Source: Pristiophorus japonicus (Eukaryota). Taken from it: DNA of 64,000 nt. This document shows positions 38,551 to 50,679 of the stretch, piece by piece. The stretch spans positions 86,242,001 to 86,306,000 of the forward strand of contig NC_091987.1 in assembly GCF_044704955.1 (NCBI RefSeq), read 5' to 3'. A model generated the notes under the pieces. The model did not search any database. It saw only the letters and a list, made by a program, of their open reading frames with translations, and was not told the DNA's origin. A program made the translations under genes and the position numbers. The stretch's first letter is position 1; each line of letters starts with the position of its first letter.

Positions 38551-38789
38551 TTTCTAAAAAAAAATACAATCCTGTATTCTGAATTGGCTCTTAATTCAGT
38601 AGATAATCTAAACTGATAATATTATGCTGTCCATTGCCTACACTACTGCACCCAAACAAAGGTTTAAGCATTTTTGTTGGTTCAGGAGCAATACATATCC
38701 ATGCCTTTGTCTATGCTGGTGTGATTGGTTTGAACAATGTTGTTTAATTAATTATATTAATGATGGTTCTAAAGTTCTTTGTAACTTTA

Positions 38790-40665
38790 AAAAAATTAGT
38801 TCCAGGATGTGGGCGTCACTGGCAAGGCCAGCATTTATTGCCCATCCCTAATTGCCCTTGAGAAGGTGGTGGTAAGCCGCCTTCTTGAACCGCTGCAGTC
38901 CTCGTGGTGAAGGTACTACTACAGTGCTGTTAGGGAGTTCCAGGATTTTGACCCAGCGACAATGAAGGAACGGCACTATGTTTCCAAGTCAGGATGGTGT
39001 GTAACTTAGAGGGGAACTTGCAGGTGATGGTGCTCTCAAGTGCCTGATGCCCTCGTCCTTCTAGGTGGTAGAGGTCGCGGGTTTGGGAAGATGCTGCCAA
39101 AGCAGCCGTGGCGAGTTCGTACAGTGCATCTTATAGATGGTGCACACTGCAGTCACTGCGCCAGTGGTGGAGGGAGTTAATTTTTAAGGTGGTGGACGGG
39201 GTGCCAATCAAGCGGGCTTCTTTGTCCTGGAGTGTGACGAGCTTCTTGAATGCTGTTGGAGCTGCACTCATCTAAGTGGAGAGTTATCCATCACACTCCT
39301 GACTTTGTGCCTTGTAGATGGTGGAAAGATTTTGGGGAGTCAGGAAGTGAGACATCCGCCAGAGAATACCCAGCCTTTGACCCGTTCTTGTTGCCACAGT
39401 ATTTATGTGGCTGGCCCAGTTAAGTTTTTTATCAATGGTGACCCCCCAGGATGTTGATGGTGATGCTAATGATGCTGATTATCAAGGGGAGGTGGTTAGA
39501 CACTCATTTGTTGATGATAATTGCCTGGCACTTGCGTTACACGAACGTTACTTGCCATTTATCAGTCCAAGCCTGAATGTTGTTCAGGTCTTGTTGTAGG
39601 TGGGAATGGACTGCTTCATTTTCTAAGGCGTGGGGAATGGAACTGAACACTGTGCAATCATCAGCAATCATCATACACTTCTGACCCTATGATGGAGGGA
39701 AGGTTATTGATGAAGCAGCTGAAGATGGTTGGGCCTAGGACACTGCCCTAAGGAAGTCCTGCAGTGATGTCCTGGGGCTGGGATGATCAACAACCACAAC
39801 CATCTTACTTTGTGCTAGGTATAACTCCAGCCAGTGGAGAGTTTTCCCCCTGATTCCCATTGACTTCAATTTTACTAGGGCTCCTTGATGCCACACTCGG
39901 TCAAATGCTGCCTTGATGTCAAGGGCAGTCACTCGCACCTCACCTCTGGAATTCAGCTCTTTTGTCCATGTTTGGACGAAGGCTGTAATGAGGTGTGGAG
40001 CCGAGTAGTCCTGGCGGAACCTAAACTGAGCAGCTGAGCAGATTATTGGTGAGTAAGTGCCGCTTGATAGCACTGTCGATGACACCTTCCATCACTTTGC
40101 TGATGATTGAGAGTAGACTGACGGGACAGTAATTGGCAGGAGTGGATTTCTCCTGCTTTTTGTGAACAGGACTTACCTCGGCAGTTTTCCATTTTGTCAG
40201 GTAGATACCAGTATTGTAGCTGCACTGAAACAGCTTGGCTAGAGGCATGGCTAGTTCTGGAGCACAGGTCTTCAGCACGACAGCCAGGATGTTGTTGGGG
40301 CCCATAGCCTTTGCTGTATCCAGTGCACTCAGCCATTTCTTGATATCATATGGAGTGAATCGAATTGGCTGAAGACTGGCTTCTGTGATGTTGGAGACCT
40401 CAGAAAGGGGCCGATATGGATCATCCACTTGGCACTTCTGGCTGAAGATGGTTGCGAACGCTTCAGGCTTGCTTTTGCACTGACTTGCTGTGCTCCGCCA
40501 TCATTGAGGATGGGGATATTCATGGAGTCTCCTACTTCCATTAGTTATTTAATTGTCCACCACCATTCATTACTGGAAGTGGCAGGACTGCACAGCTTTG
40601 ATCTGATCCGCTGATTATGAGATTGCTTGGCTCCGTTTATAGCATGCTATTTCCTCTGTTTAGCA
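38790..40665 (-). mobile_element. CR1/L2-group LINE with RT remnants
   Basis: ANYCPVSLLSIISKVME, ALDIKAAFDRVWHQGAL. Confidence 0.85.
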
Positions 40666-43190
40666 TATAAGAAATAGAAACGGGAGTAGGCCAATTTGGC
40701 CCCTCGAGCCTGCTCCATTCAATAAGATCATAGCTGATCTGATGTTGGCCTCAACTCCACTTCCCTGCCCGCTGTCTATAACCTTTGACTCCCTTAACAT
40801 TCAAAAATCTGTCAATTTCCACCTTAAATATATTCAGTGACCCAGCCTCCACAGCTCTCTGGGGTAGAGAATTACAAAGATTCACCACCCTCAGAGAAGA
40901 AATTACTCCTCATTTCAGTTTTAAATGGGCAACCCCTTATTCTTAAACTATGCCGCCTAGTTCTAGATTGCCACACAAGAGGGAACATCCTCTCTGTATC
41001 TACCCTGTCAAGCCCCTTCAGAATCTTATACATTTAAATAAGATCACCTCTCATTCATCTAAACTTCAATGAGTATAGGCCCAACTTGCTCAACCTTTCT
41101 TCATAAGACAACCCCTTCATCTCGTGGACATTCTATGAACTGCCTCCAATGCAAGTATATCCCTCCTTAAATAAGAAGGCCAAAACTGTACGCAGTACTC
41201 CAGGTGTGGTCTCATCAATACCCTGTACAGTTGTAGTAGGACTTCCCTACTTTTATACTCCATCCCCCTTGTAATAAAGGCCAGCATTCCATTTGCCTTC
41301 CTAATTACTTGCTGTACCTGCATGCTAACTTTTTGTTTCATGTACAAGGAGCCCCAGATCCCTCTGTACCACTGCATTTTGTAATCTCTCATTTAAATAA
41401 TAATTTGCTTTTTTATTTTTCCTACCAAAGTGGATAACCTCACATTTTCCCACATTATATTCCATCTGCCAATTTTTTGCCCACTCATTTAGCCTATCTA
41501 TATCTCTTTGCAGATTCTTTGCGTCCTCCTCACAACTTGCTTTCCCACCTATCTTTATATCATCAGCAAGTTTAGCTATATTACATTCGGTCCTTCATCC
41601 AAATCAATAATATAGATTGTAAATAGTTGAGCCCCCAGCACTAATCTCTGTGGCACCCCATTAGTTACTGTTTGCCAACCTAAAAATGACCCATTTATCC
41701 TGACTCTCTGTTCTCTGTTAGTTAGCCAATCCTCTATCCGTGCTAATATATTACCCCCAACCCTGTGAGCTCTTATCTTGTGCAGTAAACTTTTATTGGC
41801 ACCTTATCGAATGCCTTCTGGAAATCCAAATACTGGTTCCCCTTTATCCACCCTGCTCGTTACATACTCAAAGAACTCCAGCAAAGTTGTCAAACATGAT
41901 TTCCCTTTCATAAATCCATGCTGACTTGCTTGACTGTATTATGATTTTCTAAATGTCCTGCTACCACTTCCTTAATAATTGACTCCAGCATTTTCCCAAT
42001 GACAGATGTTAGGCTAACTGGTCTATAGTTTCCTGCTTTCTGTTTCCTTCTTTTCTTAAATAGGGGTGTTACATTTGTGGTTTTCCAATCGCTGGGACCT
42101 CTCCAGAATCCAGGGCATTTTTGTAGATTACAATCAATGCATCCACTATCTCTGCAGCGACTTCTTTTAAGACCCTAGGATTCAGGCCATCAGGTCCAGG
42201 GGACTTAGCTGCCTTTAGTTCCCCTAGTACTTTTTCTCTAGTGATGGTGATTGTTTTAAGTTCTCCCCTCCCAATAGCCCTTTGATTATTATTGTGATGC
42301 TTTTAGTGTCTTCTACCATGAAGACAGATACAAAATATTTGTTCAAAGTCCCTGCCATTTCCCTATTTCCACTATTACTTCCCCTGTCTCATCCGCTAAG
42401 GGACCAATATTTACATTACCTACTCACTTCCCTTTTATATATTTGTAGAAGCTCTAACTGCCTGCTTTTAAATTTCCTGCTAGTTTACTCTCAAACTATT
42501 ATTTTTTTAGTTGTCCTTTGCTGGTTTCTAAAATTTTCCCAATCCTCTGGCTTTCCACTATTCACAAGACCAAGACTGCCCAAAGTGGAGGAAGCGCATC
42601 CGGGAGGGCGTTGAGCACCTTGAGTTTTGTCGCCGAGAGCATGCAGCAATCAAGCGCAGACAGCGGAAGGAGCATGCGGCAAACCAGACTCCCCACCCAC
42701 CCTTTCTTTCAACCACTGTCTGCCCCACCTGTTACAGAGATTGTAATTCCCGCATTGAACTGTACAGTCACCTGAGAACTCACTTTTAGAGTGGAAGCAA
42801 GTCTTTCTCAATTCCGAGGGACTGCCTATGATGATGATGATGATTCTTCACAACATTGTATGCCTTTGTTTTCAATTTGATACCATCCTTTACTTCCTCA
42901 GTTAGTCATGGGTGGTTCGTCCTTCTCTTAGGGTCTTACTGGAATATATATTTGCTGAGAGTTATGAAATAGCTCCTTGAATGTTTACCACTGCTCATCT
43001 AGCATCTTACCCTTTGATCTATTTTCCCAGTCCACTTTAGCCAACTCTGCCTTCATACCTTTGTAATTGCCTTTATTTAAGTTCAGGACACTAATTTGAG
43101 ACCTAGTTTTCTCATCCTCAAACTGAATTTGTAATTCTCCCATGCTATGATTATTCTTCCCAAGAGGATCCTTTACTATGAGATCATTAC
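40666..43190 (-). mobile_element. CR1 LINE containing an RTE 3' insert (42567-42843, plus)
   Basis: HLEYCVQFW and LNLNKGNYKGMKAELAKVDW; the RTE insert is flanked by TTCACAA repeats and has an (ATG)n tail. Confidence 0.85.
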
Positions 43191-43345
43191 ACAATAGACT
43201 TAATTATTTGAATAATGAATTCAGCTGTACTTGAACAGATGCAGTTAATCTACACAATTTGTACCTGTATTAAGGACCAGCAACAATTGAATTTGTATAA
43301 GACCTTGCTACAAATAATTGTTCCCCTCTCCAAGTGCTGTGACGT

Positions 43346-44218
43346 GGGGCTGAATTTTCGCCACCATTCTGCGCTGTTTTTTTGGGAGCAGACTAAAATC
43401 TGCAAGTTTCACCAAAGTTTCTGCGTCATTCTAAAGTAGGTATGTCCGATTTTTCTAGTACCTGATTTTTTTTTAACACCACTGGGGGCAGAACCTGCCG
43501 GGTGCGCAATTTCTGGCCATTTAAGCGAGTTTGGCCAAGTACAATTTTTTTTCTAAAACGGCACACTGCACCCTTCTGAAAAACCTTCCCTACACTTTAA
43601 GGAAATCGGCGCAGAGAAGAGAAAATCAGCGGAGAGAAGACGCCATTGTTTCAGAGGAACTGAAGACATGGCACTGGGGGTCCTTTTGGCCCGGGATAGA
43701 AGCGGGCCGGTGCAGGAGCCTTTTGGCCCGGGGTAGAAGCAGGCTGGTGCAGAGACTTTCGGCCCCAGATGGCAGTGAGCCGGTGCGGGGCCTTTCGGCC
43801 TGGGATAGTTGCGGACCGGTGCAGGGTCCTTTTGGCCCGGGATGATAGCGGGCTGGTGCAGGGGCGTCCTTTCGGCCCGGGATTGCAGCGGCACCGGCAC
43901 TGTAGAAGTGAAAAAATCCATAAATGCTAAAAAGGAATAAAGGAATTTCATATTGTTTCATATGTTGAGATTTCAGTCCCAAGTCTCAATTAGTGATCTA
44001 TTGTGCCTCAGCCCTTCAGAGCGTCCCTTGGCAACCTGTCTTTTGGCGCAGACCTTAAGCTCCACCCACAGAGCTTAAGGACATCTGCGCCGCTCCAAAA
44101 TGAAAGGTTATGCCAGCGAAACTTGAAACTTTTTTTTTGTCGCAGTCGGGCCACTAAAAAAATCGGACGTACCTCTACAACTGCACTAAAAAAAAGTCCA
44201 TGTGGAAATTTGAGGCCC
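43346..44218. mobile_element. Non-autonomous Harbinger-type element (MITE)
   Basis: Imperfect TIRs GGGGCTGAATTTTC / GGAAATTTGAGGCCC; left part resembles 61450-61700. Confidence 0.7.
43678..43895. repeat. GC-rich minisatellite, about 6 units of about 37 bp
   Basis: Repeating ccttt(t/c)ggcccggga..gcgggc(c/t)ggtgcagg. Confidence 0.85.
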
Positions 44219-44499
44219 TTAATTACTATCTGAAAAATTACTTGTATTGTCAAGAGGAACTTGTAAGTTTAGTGCTTCTAATTTGGCGAATTACTTTACA
44301 TACAAAATCAGTTCATCATAACTATTGAAAATGCCCAGTTGATCAAATTAGCCTGACAGACGTATAAAGCAGTACTGCCATTGGATTTTAGAAAAACAAG
44401 ATCCCCTATTGGTACACAGACTGTGGGATCTACCTGTCTGCTTCGTCAGATTTTCCATGCTTCCCTCCTCCTCTGCTATAACCAATTACATCTCCTGTG

Positions 44500-44760
44500 G
44501 ACCCACATTTTGTTTCTAAACATCTCATTATCACCTCATTTTGCCTTGCACCATCATCACTTTGCCATTTAATGACTCCACCCTATCACAGATCTCCATT
44601 TTGTTCTTTACCTGCCCGGCTCTGTACTTGCCACCAACTGGCTCTGGATTTGCTCAAAACCCGTTCATCTCCAACATATTCCAGTTCTGATTGTTAACTC
44701 TGTTTCTCTCTTCACAGATGCTGCCTGACCTGCTAAGTTTTCCCAGCATTTCTGTTTTTA
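44500..44760 (+). mobile_element. Penelope terminal-repeat remnant (hammerhead core deleted)
   Basis: ccagttctga-ttgttaactctg..acagatgctgcctgacctgct. Confidence 0.65.
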
Positions 44761-45630
44761 CTAAGATTTTGTACTTTTAAAAACATAGTTTGTATATGTA
44801 TTATGTGCCAAGTTTTATACTGCAATATCTTGCTGAGTTATCTGTAATTATCTTTCTTGTAATTTCAGTCAAATGGCTGAAAAACCTTTCTCTTCAACTT
44901 TTTCCACTCTAATGTACTACCCCTTCTTGATGGCACTGACCATAGTTGAGGTACTTTTCATGATTGCTGTCCACCTTCTGGTATTTTGCTCAAGTGGCCA
45001 TTCTTCATGTGTTGGTAGATGATTTGGCCATGGACACATCATAACCAAACATAGTCCTCCCCTTTCCCAGCATGCACTCAATTGCACTTCTGGTCAGGAT
45101 TGCTGGTTAGTAACCAGGATTGGGCACCCTGGACAATTTCCCATTATCTAATCTAGCAGCCTTCAAGCAGTGTCCATCATGCCATTTACTCTTCCGAATT
45201 TGTTAATTAAGGAGACAAAAAAGTGTTGGAGAGAACATCTTAAAATCCCTACCAGTCTCTAACTATTTTACCTTTGTCAACCCCTCCTGCATTCTTTGGC
45301 TGGTTCACTGACCTTCATTTGCCTTATTATTCATGGCAGAGTCTGAAGCCACTTTGGGCCTACTCTCTAGAATTCAGTCCCCAACACCTCTTCTATATTT
45401 TGAAAGCCTTCTTAAAACCCAATCTTTCCATCAACTTTTAGTGACCTCTCCTAATCTTTTCTTTAAAAAAAAAATTCACGTTGTACTTCAATCCTTTCAA
45501 AATGCTATTGCGTCCTCTGGAGAAAACCAGCTTAGAATGGGTGTTTAATTCGCAAATGAATTTCATGTAAGTATGAGGGGGTGCAGTTTGTTAGAAAGAA
45601 TAAGGAGGCCACATATTGCTTGGATAGTAA

Positions 45631-46793
45631 GGATGCTAAATTGCCCTGCGACTTATTTGGAGCGCACAATTTGAATTAAGAGATTGGGTGCTTAGAAAGA
45701 GAAAAAGTTGTGGGACGGTATCGGAGGCGGGAATAGCCTCCGCGGGGCGCTGCCGGGGCATTAACGGGGCGGAAGCGCTGCACTCAGCACTATGCTGATG
45801 AAACACAACATCCATCCCTTTCGTTTAAAGGTGAGGACCGCTGCGAACTCTGCAGCCGCTTTCATGGCGCCCACTGGGTCATATAAGAAATAGGAGCAGG
45901 AGTAGGCCATCTGGCCCCTCAAACCTGCTTCGCCATTCAAGATCATGGCCGATCTGATCTTGGCCTCAACTCCACTTTCCTGCCCAATCTCCATGACCCT
46001 TGACTCCCCTATCGTTCAAAAATATGTCTATCTCTACATTAAATATATTCAATGACCCAGCCTCAACAGCTTTCTGGGGTAGAGAATTCCAAAGATTCAC
46101 GAGAGAAGAAATGTCTCCTTGTCTCCGTTTTAAGTGTGCGACCCCTTATTCTGAAACTATGCCCCCTAGTTCTAGATTACCCCACAAGGGGAAACATCCT
46201 CTCAGCATCTACCCTGTCAAGCCCCCTTAGAATCTTATACGTTTCAGTTCACCTCTCGTTCTTCTAAACTCCAATGAGTATAGGTCCAACCTGCCTCAAC
46301 CTTTTCCAAGATGAGGGGGTTGTCTTATGAGGAATCAACCTTGTGAACCTTCTCTGAACTGCCTCCAATGCAAATATATCCCTCCTTAAATAAGGAGGGT
46401 TTCAACCGGGCCGCCGCCACCACTTTAAGGGTGGATGGGGCCGCAGCCGCCACTTTCGGGCCGACTGCAAAGTCAGGCGACAAAAAAAAGATGGCAGTCG
46501 CGGTGGATTGGGCGTCCCAGCTACGACAGCTTCGCACCCTGCAAAGCTGTCGCTGGTATCGCCCCACAGGTCACAAAGGCGTACTGGTGCGCATGGCGAT
46601 TACATCATTGCCATGTGTAGCCCCGCCCAGGGCAAAAAGTACGATGCATGGCACAAATCTGTTTTCACCAGCAGAATCCCAGGGGCAATTTCGGAGGTGT
46701 GGGTGGGCGGTCTGATCGCCGTGTCCGGGCGATAAAAATTAGTAACTCCAGGAGGCGCTAACGGGCCTTTCCCAAAGTGGCAATTTCAGCCCC
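45631..46793. mobile_element. Harbinger-type MITE containing a CR1 3' fragment (45881-46395, minus)
   Basis: Ends GGATGCTAAATTGCC / GGCAATTTCAGCCCC; GC-rich body; interrupts a CR1. Confidence 0.6.
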
Positions 46794-46857
46794 GGTCTAA
46801 ATGGGATAGAGGAGCAAAGGGATCCATGGGTAGATACACAAATCACTAAAACTAACG

Positions 46858-47710
46858 ATGCAACAACAACTTGTATTTATATATAGTACCTTTAATGTAG
46901 TAAAATGTCCCAAAGCACTTCACAGGAGTGTTATAACAAAATTTGACACCAAGCCACATAAGGAAATATTAGGGCAGATGACCAAAAGCTTGGTCAAAGA
47001 GGTAATTTTTAAGGAACATCTTAAAGGAGGAAAGAGTTTTAGGGAGGGAATTCCAGAGCTTAGGGCCTTGGCAGCTGAAGGCATGGCCACCAAGGGTGGA
47101 GCAATTAAAATCAGGAATGCTCAAGAGGCCAGAATTAGAGGAGCACACATATCTCAGAGGGTTGTGGGGCTAGAGGAAATTACAGAGATAGGGAGGAACG
47201 AGGCCATGGAGGGATTTGAAAAGCAGGATGAGAATTTTAAAATCAAGACATTGCTTAATCGGAAGCCAATGTAGGTCAGTGGGCATAGGGGTGATGGTGT
47301 GAGTTAGGGCATGGGCAGCAGAGTTTTGCATAACCTCCAGTTTACAGATAGCCCGTGGAAAGCCAGCCAGGAGTGTCTTGGAATAGTCAAGTCTAGAGAT
47401 AAGGGTTTCAGCAGCAGATGAGTTAAAGCAGGGTCGGAGCTGGGCGATGTTACAGAGATGGAAATAAGCAGTCTTAGTGATGGTGCGGATTTGTGGTCGG
47501 AAGCTTATTTCAGGGTCAAATATGACACCAAAGCTGCGAACAGTCTGGTTTGGCTTCAGACAGTTGCTCAGGAGAGGTATGGAGTTGTTGGCAGGGACTG
47601 AAGACAATGGCTTTGGTCTTCCCAATATTTAGTTTCTGCTCATCCAGTACTAGATGTCTGACAAGCAGTCTGACAATTTAGAGACAGTGGAGGGGTTGAC
47701 AGAGGTAGTG
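46858..47710 (-). mobile_element. L2 LINE 3' part
   Basis: KTAYFHLCNIAQLRP..SRLDYS; (CAA)n tail. Confidence 0.85.
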
Positions 47711-48310
47711 GAGCTATTTAAAAAAAAGCAAACTAGGCACTTGGGTTCTTTTCTAGAGGACTTACTAAACTTGTATCAACCTCGGTTAGAACACACTTTG
47801 GAGTACTGTGTACAGTTCTGGTCTCAATGTTATAAAAAGGATAAAGAGGCATTGGAGAAGGTGCAAAAAAGATTCACAAGTATAAAAGCAGAACTGAAAG
47901 ATGATACCAGAACTAAGAGGTTATAACTATCAGAAAAGATTGAACAGCCAGGGTCTCTTTTCTCTGGAAAAGAGAAGGCCGAGGGATGACCTGACCGAGG
48001 TCTTTAAAATTATGAAAGGGTACACGTGGAGAAAATATTTCTACTTTTGGGAGAGACCAGAACTAGAGACCACAAGTATAAGATAGCCACAAATAAATCC
48101 AACAGGGAATTCAGTAGAAAGTCTTTACCCAGAGAGCGGTGAGAATGTGGGACTGCCTACCATGCGGAGTAGTTGAAGCGAATAACACAGATGCATTCAA
48201 GGGGGAATCTGGATAAGCCCATGAGGGAGAGATATGGTGATAGGGCGAGATGACAAGTGGGAGGAGGAGGCTGGTGACCAGCTGGGCCCGAATGGTTTGT
48301 TTCTGTGCTG
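47710..48310 (+). mobile_element. CR1 LINE 3' part (continuation of 45550-45630 and 46794-46857)
   Basis: LEYCVQFWS, GLFSLEKRR. Confidence 0.8.
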
Positions 48311-48369
48311 GAGAGCCGACCATGCATTGCCGACCTTAAAAAGAAATAGGGAGCAGCATTTTTTCCCCC

Positions 48370-48711
48370 GTTTACTTGCGGTCTGGGTCCTTGAAGAGAT
48401 TTGTGCGTGTGTTTTGCATGCTCCTCCCCTTCCGGCGTGTGAGGCAGATTCCTTCCTGTCTACCCTTGGGAGAGAGAAAAAAAAGAGAGTGTGTGGGGGC
48501 GTAAAAGAGCGAGAGGCCGGGCTGTCGCTGCTGGGATCTTTCCATTTCGGAGAGAAACGAGCCGAGGCGGGCTGTCAGCGGGCCGTGCTGTGGGTGAGCG
48601 CGGCCTGCGGGCGGCCGCTGCTCTGACCGTTACTGAGCTTCCTGCGAGCTGTCGGATCGACAACTGCGAGCAGCCAGCTCGGGCCGCTCAGTTTCCTGTC
48701 AACTTACTAAT

Positions 48712-48742
<31 letters not shown>

Positions 48743-48814
48743 GTTTTCTTTCTATTTTTTTAAATAATAATATCGCAGCCAGCCACACAGATCTCTTGGA
48801 CCAAACCTCCTGAG
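48370..48814 (+). promoter_or_regulatory. CpG island with a probable non-coding first exon (donor after 48814)
   Basis: Dense CpG, ETS-like CTTCCGG, strong GAG|GTGAGT donor; possible acceptor at 50089; gene identity (SENP7?) inferred from synteny only. Confidence 0.7.
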
Positions 48815-50679
48815 GTGAGTACAGATCCGGCTGTTTGTTTTGACCATTGTTTTTTTTGATCATTTTGGTTTTTAAGGGTGTTTGTTGCTGCAAGTGTTGA
48901 TGCAACTGGATTACAAATGTTTTTTTTTCTCCAGCCGTTTTGTTTTGGTTGCTGCTGTTTTATTTTGCTGCTGGAGATCCGACTGTATGAATGTGAACCC
49001 TTCACAGCCTAAAACAAAACCTAACTTATTTTTTGATCAGTTTTGCATTCACTTGGGAATTAGCCAGAGACATTATCTTGGTGGGGGATAAAACGTTTGG
49101 TAAGTCTGAGTGGAGAAGGAAGATAGTGAGTCAGGATGTACATAATCAGAATTGTGTATTCTGATATGATGTGTACTATATAAACAAAAAATCCTGGAAA
49201 TGACAATCCTTTGATGTTGGTGGTGTTGCTTGTTTCAGAATTGTACTGGTTTACAACAAATGGAAGTGACTGACATCTAGCACCAATTTGACCTGAAAAT
49301 TCACTTGCTGCAGCACCATCTTGCAGATCTCCTGTGGCACTGCTCACGGTGAGTTAGAATATGTTGTTTTATAATAGCGCTGTCCTGAACCAAGTGGGAT
49401 GGGTGAAGTGGTACAGGAATTAAGTGTGATGTGTCGAAGTAGTGCGAGGTACATGGAAAATTGTTTAACGTTAATATTCAGGATAGAATCGGAAAGACTT
49501 GGTATTGATTTTAAAGGAAGAGTGAGCAGAAAAAATAATCAAATATGCTTTTACATTGTGCAATCTTGTGTGGTATTCACTTCACACATCTAAACAGCTA
49601 CTACCACTACTAGTGATGGTACTTCATCTATAATTGTACTGCTGGATATACACATATATAATTATCCACCACTATGGTTTGCTAAAATCCGAATGGCAAC
49701 ACAGCAGTAAATCAATACAAACTTTATTTTTTGAATACCAGGAAAAGGAAACAAATTGGTAATGATAATTATTTGTAAGTATTCTATGAACCAATTCTTG
49801 TTTTTTCATATTTTTTTGAATGTATAACTTTATCAACTCTCTGATAACATTACTTTTGTCTCTTGTAAATATTGTTTTGGAATTGGGGCGAATAGAATGA
49901 AACGTCTTGTAGATTTCCTCAAGATATTTTGTGATTTCCATTGTAATAGGAATTGAATCTCAAAATAGTAATTAAAAATAAATTTGATGTTTTCACATAA
50001 ATGGAATTATGTGCTGGACATTGTTTGACAACATTATTAAGTGTTTAGAATTTATAAAGTTTTTTTTACACAATTGTTATTTTTTTCAGGGTGTGATGCC
50101 CTTCACACTCGGACAGGCCTTTTCTGTTTGTTAAGCAAATATCATAACGGACATAATCTGTGCCTGACTCTTTGGACAATCTTTTATTATTTTAAAAGAA
50201 TTATAGTTAATACTTTGTGGATATGTAGAGAGTGGAATTTTTGCATTCCATATCATGCCCTTGTCAATAGTGCAGTGTGTCCTGGTGTCTTGAATCTCAA
50301 ATTTCCCATTATTAGGTTGTTTATATTTTACAGAATTGAATGTGCTGGTGCTTTGGAATTCACCCTGTTTATATTATGGACATCAGACACTGATGGCATT
50401 GGGGAAAAGAGCATCTCCCTTTGTTTGCCATTGGTGGTGCAGTGCCTCTGATGCTGTGGAGAAAAGCCAGTTCTTAACGTGATGCTTTGCCCCCAGAGGT
50501 GTTATCTCTCTTGTATTGCAGTGCTGCCACTGGCACACCACGAAATTAAATGCAGCATTCCAGTGTCCAACACCAAAGTCCACTGTTGACTCATTGAAAA
50601 TTCTAACCTCCTAGAGATTTGTATACAAAGATGAGGGGTAAAGACATCCCCCCCCCCAGCAAGAGGGAGGGAATTAATG

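Noticed and set aside
43678-43895. CRISPR-like array
   Set aside because: Eukaryotic context; degenerate tandem units without unique spacers; no cas genes.
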